Shown here in pieces: positions 38,526 through 49,776 of a stretch of 64,000 nt of DNA. Both the position numbers and the translations under genes were made by a program. Each line of letters begins with the position of its first letter. Within the stretch, counting starts at the first letter, position 1. The stretch is taken from NCBI RefSeq assembly GCF_018350175.1, contig NC_058368.1:68698001-68762000 (forward strand), given 5' to 3'. Under the pieces are notes generated by a model, which saw only the letters and a list, made by a program, of their open reading frames with translations, was not told the DNA's origin and did no database searches. Origin of the DNA: Felis catus (Eukaryota).

Positions 38526-40276
38526 TCCTTCGGGAACTTTTTGAGACCGTCTTGCTTTGGGGATCACTGTGTAATTCTTCAAGCTCCTCGGGGTCACTGC
38601 TGTGTCTTGCTCATCTTTAGATCGTCCATGTTTCGATTGGGACCGATATATGGCAAGTATTTGATAAATCCTAATCAGATGAGTGAAGGAGTGGATCCAG
38701 GTAGGGCAGAAATGCTGGGAGAAGCAAAACGAGGCAGAGTTGGGACAGAGCATTGGAAAGAGTTTCATTAAGGAACATTAGACGGTAGAAAATCAAAACC
38801 AGTTCCATTTATTTTTTTAAATGCTAGCTTGTACTCAAAGCTGCACTTATACACACACCTGACTCTACTTCCTGAAGCTAGTCCATCCCTTCACTCGGGG
38901 ATAACGGTGTCTCCTCCTAGGCAGTGAGCTCACATACCCCCGCTTGTCACAGAGGCTCATCGTGACCCCTCCAACATCGCCTTTTTCCTCAATCGCACCC
39001 ACTTCTCCACCTTCTGGAAAAGAGGTCACTCCCGTTCCATCAAAGAGCCCTCCTGGGGATCTGGGCTGCTCATGGGACATCAGTGAAGCACGAAATCCCA
39101 ACTCTGCAATAGCTCACGCCAAAGTTGGCATCAAAGTGGTTTTCCATCGGGGGTTGTGACTCTTCCCTGGTCTTCACACACGTGACTCTAACGACCCTGG
39201 GAAGCACCTGAGGAGATGTTACTTCAGCTTGGATGCTCCGCCTCAAACACAGTTTCTTACTCATCCCGTACCATATTTCCGTCCCCCCACGTTTTATTTA
39301 TTTATTTAACGAATATTCATCATCAGTCCCATGTGCCAGGTTCTGTACTCAGCACTTGGAATATACCACTAGACAAAACAGAAGAAGCCCCCTGCCCGTG
39401 AGGGGCTTATACTCCAGTGGAGAGAGGGAACGACAAACAGTAAACATCAAGGACACGTTTGATGGACGGGAGCCACGACGCGCGTCCGGACGCGCGGGAG
39501 CCGGAGCTGTGGGAAAGGAAGGGAAAATAGAGCGAGTTGCTCTCCTCCCATCCAGGGGCTACTGGACCCCTGGCCAGCGTGACCCCTCATTCAGGAGCTG
39601 GGTAGGAGGTAATGGATGGACAAATCTTCGAAGTCAGCCCACGGGAGGGAGAGCGTGCCGGCCGCCTAGAGCATTTCCGGTTTGGGGGATTCTCTTCTCC
39701 GTCAGAAACACCGCTTTAATACGAGGAGGGGGAGACGGGGCCTAAGAATATTCATCCTTTATCATAGGGAAAAGATCAAATTATCGTGGACACCGCAGTA
39801 CATATGAAGGAAGCATGGTCGTTCCCGCCAGCCTAGGAGAACGGTGGGGATAAGCAGCGAAAGGTATGTATAAAGACTCATTATTCCTTCCTCTTTGCAC
39901 TTATTTCCAGAATTCACCATTTTGAAAGGCAACGGTTATGAGCAAGTGCCTTTCCCCATGAATAGCTGGCAGCATCAGCGTCCTCTTTGTTTCATGTTCT
40001 TTTCTCTTGGCCCCACAAGCATCTGAAATTCTGGAGGACTATTAGCCTCACCCCCATTTCAGAAGCTTGTTTTCAAATGACCTCAGTTTCAAGGCGGGGC
40101 ATGTCCCGCAACCTCTGACCTGACCTTCTTTCTGCAACTTCAAATGCTCTTAGGCCTCAGGACAGTAGGCCTGATGCAAGTATCACATCAGGAAAAAAAA
40201 AAAAAAAAAAAAAAAGACAATGGGACCCTTGACATTGGCTGACATTGGCCAGCCTACTGGGCCCCTTGCCTTAGTG

Positions 40277-40866
40277 CACGGTTCCCAAACTGTGCTATGA
40301 AACATGTGCTGAGAAAATGCAGTGAACTCACAGGGGTTCCGTGGGACATTTTGTGTTTCCAGGGAAAACACAGCTATGCTCAACATTTGTCAGACAGTGT
40401 GCAAAATACTAATCCAAGGTAATTCAGCTTCAGTATGAGACTCATACTACATTTTCCTTTCAATGATACCATCTGTCTTTGCAAAGTTGGATTTTTAGCA
40501 GTGGCTAAGGCAAAAAGCAAATACCGCACAAAGATCAATGTGGACCGAGAAATGGGAGTAGTGGTTCCAGTCTGATTTTAAGCTTTGAGAATTGTATGCA
40601 GTGCCCAATAGGCACTCACAATCCATTAATAACTAATTAGGGTTATTCAAGAATGAAATTAAAATAGTTTTTTTTTTCTTTCAAACTTTTTGTGTTAACT
40701 TTTCAAACAGCTACAAAGTTGTTAAAACATAAACACTTACTAAGTTGTTAGGATCTAATTACTTAATAAATAAAACAATTAGGTGTTTCTTTTAGCCTAG
40801 GAGCACGGTGAAAAAAGATACAGAACATCAAAAGTGCTACAAATCAAGAAAATTTGGAAATCTCTA
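40277..40866 (+). mobile_element. hAT-Charlie DNA transposon fossil with a transposase C-terminal remnant
   Basis: Degenerate TIRs (CACGGTTCCCAAACT...AATTTGGAAATCTCT); 40468-40554 translates TICLCKVGFLAVAKAKSKYRTKINVDREM, resembling the hAT dimerisation-domain motif. Confidence 0.8.
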
Positions 40867-40885
40867 CTCTAGTGATTATTTTTTT

Positions 40886-41562
40886 AATGTTAATTAAAAA
40901 AATTTTTTTTAACATTTATTCATTTTTTTTTTTTAATTTTTTTTTTCAACGTTTTTTATTTATTTTTGGGACAGAGAGAGACAGAGCATGAACGGGGGAG
41001 GGGCAGAGAGAGGGGAGACACAGAATCGGAAACAGGCTCCAGGCTCCGAGCCATCAGCCCAGAGCCCGACGCGGGGCTCGAACTCATGGACCGCGAGATC
41101 GTGACCTGGCTGAAGTCGGACGCTTAACCGACTGCGCCACCCAGGCGCCCCAACATTTATTCATTTTTGAGAGACAGAGTGGGAATGGGGAGGGGTAGAA
41201 AGAGATAGAAAGAGAGAGAGAGAGAGAAGGAGACACAGAATCCCAAGCAGGCTCCAGGCTCCAGCTGTCAGCACAGAGCCCAATGCGGGCCTCGAACCCA
41301 CAGACCACGAGATCATGATCTGAGCCGAAGTCAGATGCTTAACGGACTAAACCACCTAGGCACCCCTATTTATTTTTGAGAGAGAGACAGATAGAATGTG
41401 AGCAGGGGTTGGGGGAGAGAGAGAGACACACAGAATACAAAGCAGGCTCCAGGCTCTGAGCTGTCAGCACAGAGCCCTACACGGGGCCCAAACTCACAAA
41501 CTGGGAGAACATGACCTGAGCTGAAGTCGAATGCTCAACCAACTGAGCCACCCAGGCGCCCC
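40886..41562 (-). mobile_element. Three nested Can-SINEs (heads ending at 41151, 41366 and 41562)
   Basis: Outer TSD TCTAGTGATTATTTTTTT (40868-40885, 41563-41580); innermost TSD AACATTTATTCATTTTT (40911-40927, 41152-41168). Confidence 0.95.
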
Positions 41563-42714
41563 TCTAGTGATTATTTTTTTGACATCATCACTCTTCAGTG
41601 AAATCTCAGCAGAATTCTAGAACCTAAGAATGATGATGATAAAAACAGTAATAGTAATAGCTAACATATATTAAGAATTTATTATGTGCCATGTTTTATG
41701 CAAAAGTTTTCTCACATCATTTCATTTACATGCTTTCGCAATTATTTTCTATTTTCCTTAACCCAGAAATGATAGTCCTGACTTTTCCCAGAGTCTTCTG
41801 CTCTGGACCGATGGAGAAAATTTAAGAACTAGTTGATCTTTCTTGTGATAAATTCAGTGGAAAACACTATAACTTTTTTTCTGACAATTATAAAACCAAT
41901 GTTTCTATTCTCTGCTGCATTTTTCAACAATTCGCACATTAAAAACAAACAAACAAATCAACCAAACAAAAACCACCTATGTTTTCTAAAGTATGCACAT
42001 TTTCACCAGTAAAAATCCATCAACCAAAATTAAGTCAGCACTGATCCATATGAGGCACCGTGGAGGTTACGAAAAGACTTTAATGCATGGTCTCTGCCCT
42101 CAAGGGACTTGTGGTAAGGTTTATACACAAAACAACTAGAGGAAAATAAAAAACAGTATATACTAAAGGACTAAGTAGACATGTGTAGGCTAGAAGGAGT
42201 ATACTGAGAGATTATACAGGGAGAGAAATGAGCCCTGAGACCAAATTGTCACAGACCAGGCCCATCTGCACTGTGATTCCTGTCTCACTTCTTGCAGTAA
42301 ACAACCTTCTCCTCCTTTCTAGCCATCTCTTCTGGAGAGTCAACACTTCCATCTGTTCCAGAACACCTATCTTCTTCCACTCGAAGGAAGATTTTGTTTC
42401 TATGGAAATCACCTCCATTTTGAACATCATCAGAGATAATTTTCCTCTTGCCTATGAGCTTGCTAACTTTGGTACCTTCAACAAAGGGAGTGATCTCATA
42501 ACTGCACTGTGCCTTTTGGTTTTTATATTATTTCTCCTTTCTCTTCTCTAGCTTAACTTTCTTTTTTAAATATATGTATGTGTGTGTGTGTGTGTGTAAA
42601 TATAATGTCCATATATATATATATAATGTCCATTGTTCCTATGCCTTCACTATCAATTTTTTGTTTGAGCCCTGCATTTCTCTTTGCCATTTTATTACTA
42701 GTGTTATTTTTAAG

Positions 42715-43595
42715 TTTATCCATTTAACCATTCATCAACAATTTAGTATGTGTCTGCTATGATATCACTGCATGTTCTAGGTCCTGGAGAAAAACTGATG
42801 AACAAGAAAGATGTGAGTTCTTCTCTCACAGAGACTAGTGGGGTACATAAAAAAGCAAACCATATTTACAACAGATCTTGATGATTGCTATGATGAATAT
42901 AATGTCAAGGGGCCAAGGAAGCCATGGTGGTCAGGGAAGGCTTCCTGGAAGAGACGATGTGTATTTTGGGTATTGATGGACGGAAAGATGATAGACGGGT
43001 ATGAAAGGATTCAGAGACGTTTCATGCAGAAGAAATCCGGGCTGTAAATTAGAAAGGGCATAACACATTTTAGGGATAAAACTAGTTTAGTAATTAGTGC
43101 TGGGAATTAAGTAGGAGGGAAGTGAGTTCAAGAGGAGTGGTGAGAGCACATATTCAAGAAATAGGCAAGGGATTCACATGAAGATAAGAGGCACCCCTCA
43201 GTGACTTTATGTAGATAATAGCATGATAAGTGAGGGCCCAGATTGGAAGCAGAGAGGTGAAGAGTGGACAGAAGAGGATGAGGACTTAAATTAGGGACAC
43301 AGCAGTGAAGATGGGGAGACATGGGCGAATTCAAGAGATAGGAATTTATAGAATGTGGGAGTGTTTGGATATTGATGTTGAGCCAGAGGTGGGCATCAAA
43401 GGCGGTTGTGGCTCCATTCACTCAAGTGGGAAATGTAAGAGAAATGTACTTCAATAAAATAAACAATGATTTTAGTTACAGACAAGGTGAAAATGAGTTA
43501 TCTCTGGTCCATTCAAGTGACAAATTGGGCCTAGAGGTCAAGAAAAAGGGACGGAGTTATAGATCTTGAATACATCAACCTGAAGGAGATAACTG
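42715..43595 (-). mobile_element. L2 fragment
   Basis: CATTCATCAACAATTTAGTATGTGTCTGCTATG...GTGGTCAGGGAAGGCTTCCTGGAAGAG...GATGGGGAGACATGGGCGAATTCAAGAGATA. Confidence 0.75.
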
Positions 43596-44075
43596 ACAAC
43601 TTCTGTTGGACAAATGTCTTTGGTTTTGAGTCCTGTGTCCACCTTCTTTACTTTGACATAGGTCACACTTTCTTGGCACTTGTTCTATTTGGTTTCTCAA
43701 TCATTCTCCCTTCTATTTAGTATATCATGACTTCAATAAACATTAATTTTCTTTGCAGGGTTTCACGGCTTCCAATATTGAGTTACAGATGGAAGGAGGA
43801 AGAGAAGAGGAAGGGTGAGGGGAGAAAAAGAAAAAGAAAGAAAAGTCCAGCTTGGATCTGCAGTATGTTGTATTGATCAATTCATTAATTCAAAACACAT
43901 ATTTATTACTGGGCACTTCCTGTCAGGTGCCAGGCACATACTAGATGAGAGGCTGGAGAAACAATAGTGACTTCTAATGCTGATAAGCTGGTTGAGTAGA
44001 TCTTCAGTAATTTACCAAACAAATGTATCTCCATACCCTATAAAAAGTTCTATAAAGTAAACAACATCTATAAAA

Positions 44076-44238
44076 TCTTGCTACTCAAAGAGTAGTCCAT
44101 GGACCAGAAGCATCAGCATCACCTGGGACCTTGTTAGCAAAGCAGAATCTCAGTATTCACCCAAGAACTACTGAGAGAGAATTTTAACAAGATCCCTGGG
44201 GGATTTGCACGCACATTAAATTTGAGAAGCACTGCTCT
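44076..44238. mobile_element. MER5A-like hAT-Charlie MITE
   Basis: CTACTCAAAG...GGACCAGAAGCATCAGCATCACCTGGGACCTTGTTAG...TTTTAACAAGATCCC...ATTAAATTTGAGAAGCACTG. Confidence 0.88.
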
Positions 44239-44404
44239 GGAGTGCACAGGCCGTGAGAGAAAAACAACAGGTGGGACCTAAACTCATCTTGGGGGTCAGG
44301 GAAGAGTTCCCTGAAGAAAAGGCTTCTGATTAGGCTAGAGAGGTAGGTTAGGGCTGGATATCATGGGACCTTGTAGGCCATGTTGAGGACTCTTGTCTTG
44401 TTCC

Positions 44405-44737
44405 CAAGCCCAAGCTGCCATAACAAAATGCTACGTAGACTGAGTGGCTTAAACCACATAAATGTGCTTTCTTGGGGTTCTGGAGGCCAGAAGTCTGAAA
44501 TGAGCTTGCAGTGTGTCAGGTTCTGGTGACGGCCTGCTTCTGGCTGTGTTGTCACTTGGGTGAGAGAGAAACGATCTCTCTCCCTGATGTCTTCTCTTTT
44601 AAGGGCACTAATTCCATCATGAGAGTTCCACCCTCATGACCCAATTGTCTCCCAAAGACCTCATCTCCAAATACCATCACGTTGGGGCTGAGGGATTCAA
44701 CACAGGAATTTGGGGGAGACGCAGTTCAGTCCATCAC
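44405..44737 (-). mobile_element. MLT1A-like solo LTR
   Basis: GCTGCCATAACAAAATGC...TGGCTTAAAC...TTCTGGAGGCCAGAAGTCTG...AAGGGCACTAATTCCATCATGAG...CCAAATACCATCAC...TTCAGTCCATCACA. Confidence 0.88.
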
Positions 44738-46445
44738 AAAGATTTCGAGCAGAGAGAAGAATGTAGAATCATCAGAATTCTACTTTCAAGTGAATTCTTA
44801 TTTTGACTGATGTGTGGAAAAGGGACTGAAGGGATCAAGAAAATATGCAGGAGGCCAGCTAAGAGCCTGTTTCAATAGTCGTGGTGAAAGACACAGATAT
44901 CTTGGACAAAACTGCACTGGCAGAGATGGAACGAAGGGAAACATTTCTAAACATTTAGTACTGAACCTAACAGGCTTTGATAATGGCTTTCGCATGGCGG
45001 TTGGGGAGAGAGCATCAAGAATGACCACCAGGTTTTTGGCTTGTGCAATTGGATGGATATGATAGCAATTCTCGAGATAGGAATCATGAAATCAGCAAGT
45101 TTACTCATGGCACCTCACTAGATACGACGAAAATGTAGAAAGAACAGTAAGAGTGGCCATTGTTTAGTGAACATTTGTCATGTGTCAGCCACCGTATAGA
45201 TGTTTTAAGTACATTATCTTGATATACTAGGCAAACCTTGCCTTCCGAGGTGGGGAGATCAGCTCACTATTAGGGGTTTAATGGCCTGGTAAAACGAACA
45301 GCGCAGAACGCTTTCAGAGGAGGAGAACGTCAGAGAAGACAATGTGAACAGAGAAGCCATAACAGACAAATGAGGATGCAAGCCGAGGTCTAAAGGTTGG
45401 ATAAGATTTTGTTAAGTGAAGCCCTTGGGAGTCAGGTCTGGGGATGGACTGTGGGAGCCAGGTCCCGGAGAAATGAGCATGCCTCCATCAGGAGGTTCAC
45501 TTAGGAAAACAGTGTAGAAAAAGTTGAGTTAGAAAGCGGGGGGGGCAGGTTATGAAGAACGTTGAGAGTCTGTGATTTGGATTTTAAGAAAGGAGGCATT
45601 GAATATGAGAGGAGCATGACTTTGCATGATGGGAAAACCTGTCTGGCAACAGGGAATCTTCTTGAACGTGGGGAGGCTTGATCCCAGAGGCCAACTTACT
45701 GGCATTTATATTATCCAGGTATCAGATCAGAGTTCTTCACTAGCCAGGAGGAAAAATCAACAAGACCTCATTTCATTGAATGAGAGTAGGAGAACGAGTC
45801 AAAGATGAGTCGAATTTCAGGAACGAAATGAAGGGAATGGTAATTTCATAGGCAGAACCAGAGAGGTGGGAAAGAGGAGACAACCTATGGTTGTCCATTT
45901 GCGTGCAGTATAATACTGAGTGTATCGCTAGCTAAAAATAATTTTCTACCTGTTTGACCGTAGAGATTATTTAAATTTTCAGAAAAAGATCGTAGTAGAC
46001 AGAAACCTAAAAGTTATACGTGACGGATTTACACTGGGATGAAAAACTGTTGTAATTATTATTGTAAGTATAAAATCAGAGGGGAATAATGTGTGATATT
46101 CTATTGAAGAAATAGCCTAGAAATCCCAGGAAATGCTGTGTTTTTAAACCGCAGTTAGCAAAATCAAGGGAAACCATTACATCCCACCCCAACTGGTACT
46201 TCATTACAGATGCACTGAACAGTTGCTTATAAACAATAGTGTGTTGGTTCAACCTTCCGGATGAATGGGGCTTTGTTCCTGCTTTGGTCTGGTCTTGGAA
46301 TCATGACACTTCATTTTTTAAATTCAGAATGTTGTGTTTAAGTGGAAGGAAAATGTATGCTTCTTTTTGTGTTTTCCAAATGCCATATGAGTTTTTTCAG
46401 AGCTTGCAGGAGCACTGTTGACTGGAGGGAAAAACAAATAACCCA

Positions 46446-46642
46446 TACTAACCTTTCTGTTTCTCTTTTCCTGCTTTATCTCAGGGAACTTCGGCACGTC
46501 TAGACAACCTTTGGGGAATGGCACCCGATGGTGCCCCTTGGATCATGTGCCGTGTGTGTTCAGCTGTGAATATCCTCCTGTAATCACTGCTTCACTGATG
46601 ACGATATGGGCCAAGGCACGTATTTATCAAATGGTACCTGAG
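46446..46642 (+). other. Candidate upstream internal non-coding exon (acceptor AG 46483-46484; exon from 46485; donor uncertain)
   Basis: Perfect branch point TACTAAC (46446-46452), about 30-nt pyrimidine tract and CAG|G. Possible donors are AAG|GCACGT (46615), GAG|GTACCT (46642) and AGG|GTAATG (46707). Confidence 0.45.
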
Positions 46643-46949
46643 GTACCTTAGGATTAGGTGAAAGCACACCTAGTCGTCTCACCGCGGCCTGCCAGCAGGA
46701 CAAAAGGGTAATGTGTAGACATCAATTTTATTGTTCAGAATTCCCTAATTGAAGACCCCAGTGGCTGGAAAACTTAGATGAAAGCTGTACGAGCCACAGT
46801 AATTAACCGCTGCAGTAACAGATGTTCTACAGGAAAACTGTGTGCAAGGGGGTTAAGCATGTTTTGATTTTGAATATGCACTTGGGCTCACACATTCTCC
46901 CTCACTAATAGGAATCAGCTGTAAATGCCCTCCCTGTAAGGTATTAATT

Positions 46950-47392
46950 TCCACGGCAGACGCTGAATTGTTTCTCCTTTTTCAAAAACCAAAACCCCAA
47001 AACCGAACCCATGCTTTGTCAGATGGGAGAAGGACTTCGGCTTCTCCTGCACAACCTGGGTTTCTTTTTTGAATCTGCGAGTCGGTATCGTCGAAAGTCT
47101 TTACAGCGCAGTCCCAGGCTCTGGGCTGGCTGTCTTGGAGGGTGTTTTCTCCAGCTACCCCTCTCCCGGCTCTGCCAATTATGTGCCACTTTGTCTTGGT
47201 GCTATGATTGCTTTCTTCGGAGAGGGAAATTCCTCTTTCATCAGTATGGACGCACTGTTTTCACACACCGCAAGTGCTGTGCTGCTGTGTCACTCATCCT
47301 ATAAGAGCCAGTTTCAGACGAGGAGGGCTGACGAGCTGCCCGGGGATTGGCTGCCCCCGGCTGGGAGGGATTTGTGGGGAGGAAGGGCTGCA
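46950..47392 (+). promoter_or_regulatory. Proximal promoter of the exon at 47393-47611
   Basis: Repeat-free with locally raised GC/CpG; inverted CCAAT box (ATTGG 47346-47350), G-rich GGGAGG motifs (47363-47387) and TATA-like TATAAGA (47300-47306) directly upstream of the exon. Confidence 0.62.
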
Positions 47393-47490
47393 GCTTTACA
47401 GCAACAGAGTTTAGACTGTCTTTGCTTCATCATCTGAAGGCAAAATTTTCCAGATACGGCAGACGGCTCCCAGAGTACAATACACAGGGA

Positions 47491-47526
47491 ATGAGGACTA
47501 TTTACATGGAAATTTCTGCCTCATGA
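47491..47526 (+). other. uORF1 (MRTIYMEISAS*) in the 5' UTR exon
   Basis: ATG 47491 to TGA 47524-47526, read directly; translation not demonstrated. Confidence 0.5.
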
Positions 47527-47606
47527 TGCAGCGGAGAAGCCTCGGCCGCTGGATTCTGCCAGATGTTCCCGGGGTTACTGTAAAAGGGAAAAAGAGGCAG
47601 AGCTAA
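47523..47606 (+). other. uORF2 (MMQRRSLGRWILPDVPGVTVKGKKRQS*), overlapping the uORF1 stop (ATGA)
   Basis: ATG 47523 to TAA 47604-47606, read directly; ends 5 nt before the splice donor. Confidence 0.5.
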
Positions 47607-48963
47607 ACAAGGTAAGAGAATCACCCCCCCCCCTTTTTTTTTTTTTGAATGTTTAAAGAGTTTGCTGCAGTATATGGTGCATTCCATGTGTGTTGCTTAG
47701 GGAAGCCAGGGAAACCGGATTCCACTAATTCAAATGTAACACTTGCCGGGGACCCTGGAGTTTTACGTAACATTTTGATTTGAGGAAAAAAAAAAAAAAA
47801 AGAGAAAGAAAGAAAGAAACGGCAAAAGCTTGAATCTGTGCCGCCTGACTGGGGTGAGGCATAAAACGAGTGTTTATTTCAAAGAAGAGATCCATTTTAT
47901 TACTCAACAAAAACTGTGAATTCCTGGGAGCGTTCTTATTTTCTTGTTCTAGAAAATTTTCATGACTGCCCCAGTTCGCTCCCGAATAAATAAAGTTTAC
48001 ATTGATCCTGCTATTTGAAAACGGACTCGTAATGAAGAAGAAAAGGAAAACTTCATAGTAAATAACCATCGGTTGAATGTTTAGCCAAAAATACGTCTAT
48101 GTGTTAGAAATTAGGGACCCACCTAGCCCTATAATGCCACGGCTTTGAGTTTCAAAAGCACATTTTTTAACAAGCCAGCAAGAGGTAGCTTTCTGACAAG
48201 TTTTCGATACTGTAGTTCAATGTTTACATTTCTTTTTCTGAGCCTTTGTTTCCAGCTTAAAAGTGGAACCATTATATTCAAAAGTAAAGCTGGGTTAATA
48301 ATGCTTACTGCAATTATCTGATCTTTATGCATTTTTAATGAGAACACACAGCCAGCAGAATAATTTAATGAGGGCAGGCTGGCTTTTAAAGCTGTGTCTT
48401 CACTATGCCGAACCATATCAACTTTCTTGCCGAGAAGCAGCAGGGAGAAATGATGGAGATTTATTTTTAACACACTTGGCCCAAGAGAAGGAAATGATAT
48501 ATTTGTTAAAGAATTCTTTCTGCCCTTTTCCGTTTTAAATTTCTGCCAGGCATGAGGAAACTGTGCTTTTTTGTTAGGCCTCGGAAGCATGTGTTTACAA
48601 TAAATGTGTAACATTTTTAGAATAGTTAGCAAGCACTGAAGCGAAGAAAAAAATCTGACTTGCCTAACCACTACTACCGCGAATGCTCTTCGAGAAACAT
48701 TACTGTCCTTTTAAAAGACAAAGGTTAAGTGGAAAGACAATTTGTTAATTTGGTAATATGTGCATTGGGGAGCTAATAAAGTGGGGGAAAAAAGGAGGGC
48801 ATGCTTATAATCTTTAAATAAGATGAAATTTCTTCAGCTATCCTGCCTGTTTTCTGAGGAGCAGTTCAAATATTCATTTAAATAAGGGCAATGCCACGTA
48901 GATTCTTCCAGACCCACTGTTTTTACTTTCAAGGAGAAGTGCAGGACACTAGCCCAGAACTTC

Positions 48964-48971
48964 TGACGTCA
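48964..48971. promoter_or_regulatory. Full palindromic CRE (TGACGTCA) in the proximal intron
   Basis: Exact CREB/ATF consensus with intact CpG about 1.5 kb downstream of the inferred TSS. Confidence 0.4.
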
Positions 48972-49740
48972 TCCCCCAACTATTTCTGCTGGGTGTTCTT
49001 TTATTCAGGCTCGTGGAGAGGAATATTGCTTTACGTCCTGGCCAGGAACATTCTGACTCTCACTTGGCAGGTCTTGAGTTACGTCTTCATAGTGTAGCCC
49101 GTCCTTTCTAAACCCTCAACCCATCTCCAGCGTAAATAGGGCATCTCCTACCTGCCTCACGTCGGGCGGGTCCGAGCAGGTTCTCTGCAGGGTTCTGGCC
49201 GTGCTGGCGAAGAGCAGTGGGGAGCGGAGCACGGGCTTTGCTTCTGGCCCAACTTCGCCTGGCACAGCCCAGTACTGCCACCTGGGTGGATAGTGCCTGT
49301 GGCCTCATTCCCAGTTCCCCCGGAGCCGCTGTGTAGGACCAAGGTTATGCCACCAAGTTCGTGGCTGGCCGTGATGGTGGGAACAGCTGCTTTTCCATAG
49401 AGAGCACCGTGCCTGGTGCAGATGGGCTCAAGGAAGGGAAGTCCGGTACTGCAGGCTGTTAATCTGTGTCACAGGTGGTAACCTGGGTCGGAGAGATCAG
49501 GGGAAGGTAGCGTTTAATATGGGGCCTCTGAAGGGAGAATTTCCAGACGAACAGACCGGAGCTCTGGGCAGTTCCCGGTTCTAGTTTACATTCCCTTTCC
49601 AGCTGCTCGTGTAGCCCTAAGCAGGCACCCACCTTCGTTTTTCTCTCTCTTAATAGAACTGAGTAATACTTGCTACACTTTTCTCTCATGATTCCAGCAT
49701 TCATTTTGAGAGGCCTTGACCTTGTACCAAAAAAATAGAT

Positions 49741-49776
49741 AAAACAAAACAAAACAAAACAAAACAAAACAAAATA
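49741..49776. repeat. (AAAAC)n microsatellite
   Basis: Direct reading. Confidence 0.9.

Larger units (their letters stand above)
47393..47611 (+). other. MBNL2: Non-coding (5' UTR) first exon, probably of muscleblind-like splicing regulator 2
   Basis: Unique sequence ending in the strong donor AAG|GTAAGA (GT at 47612-47613). GCTTTACAGCAACAGAGTTTAGACTGTCTTTGCTTCATCATCTGAAGG...GGCAGAGCTAAACAAG resembles my recollection of the 5' end of human MBNL2 mRNA. No MBNL2 coding exon is in the window, so the identity rests on recall and the start coordinate is approximate. Confidence 0.72.

Noticed and set aside
39233..39745. 170-aa ORF spanning the CpG palindrome
   Set aside because: Runs through an L2-like fragment and shows no recognisable domain.
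48129..48671. 180-aa antisense ORF near the promoter
   Set aside because: Non-ATG start, no recognisable homology and AT-rich intronic composition.
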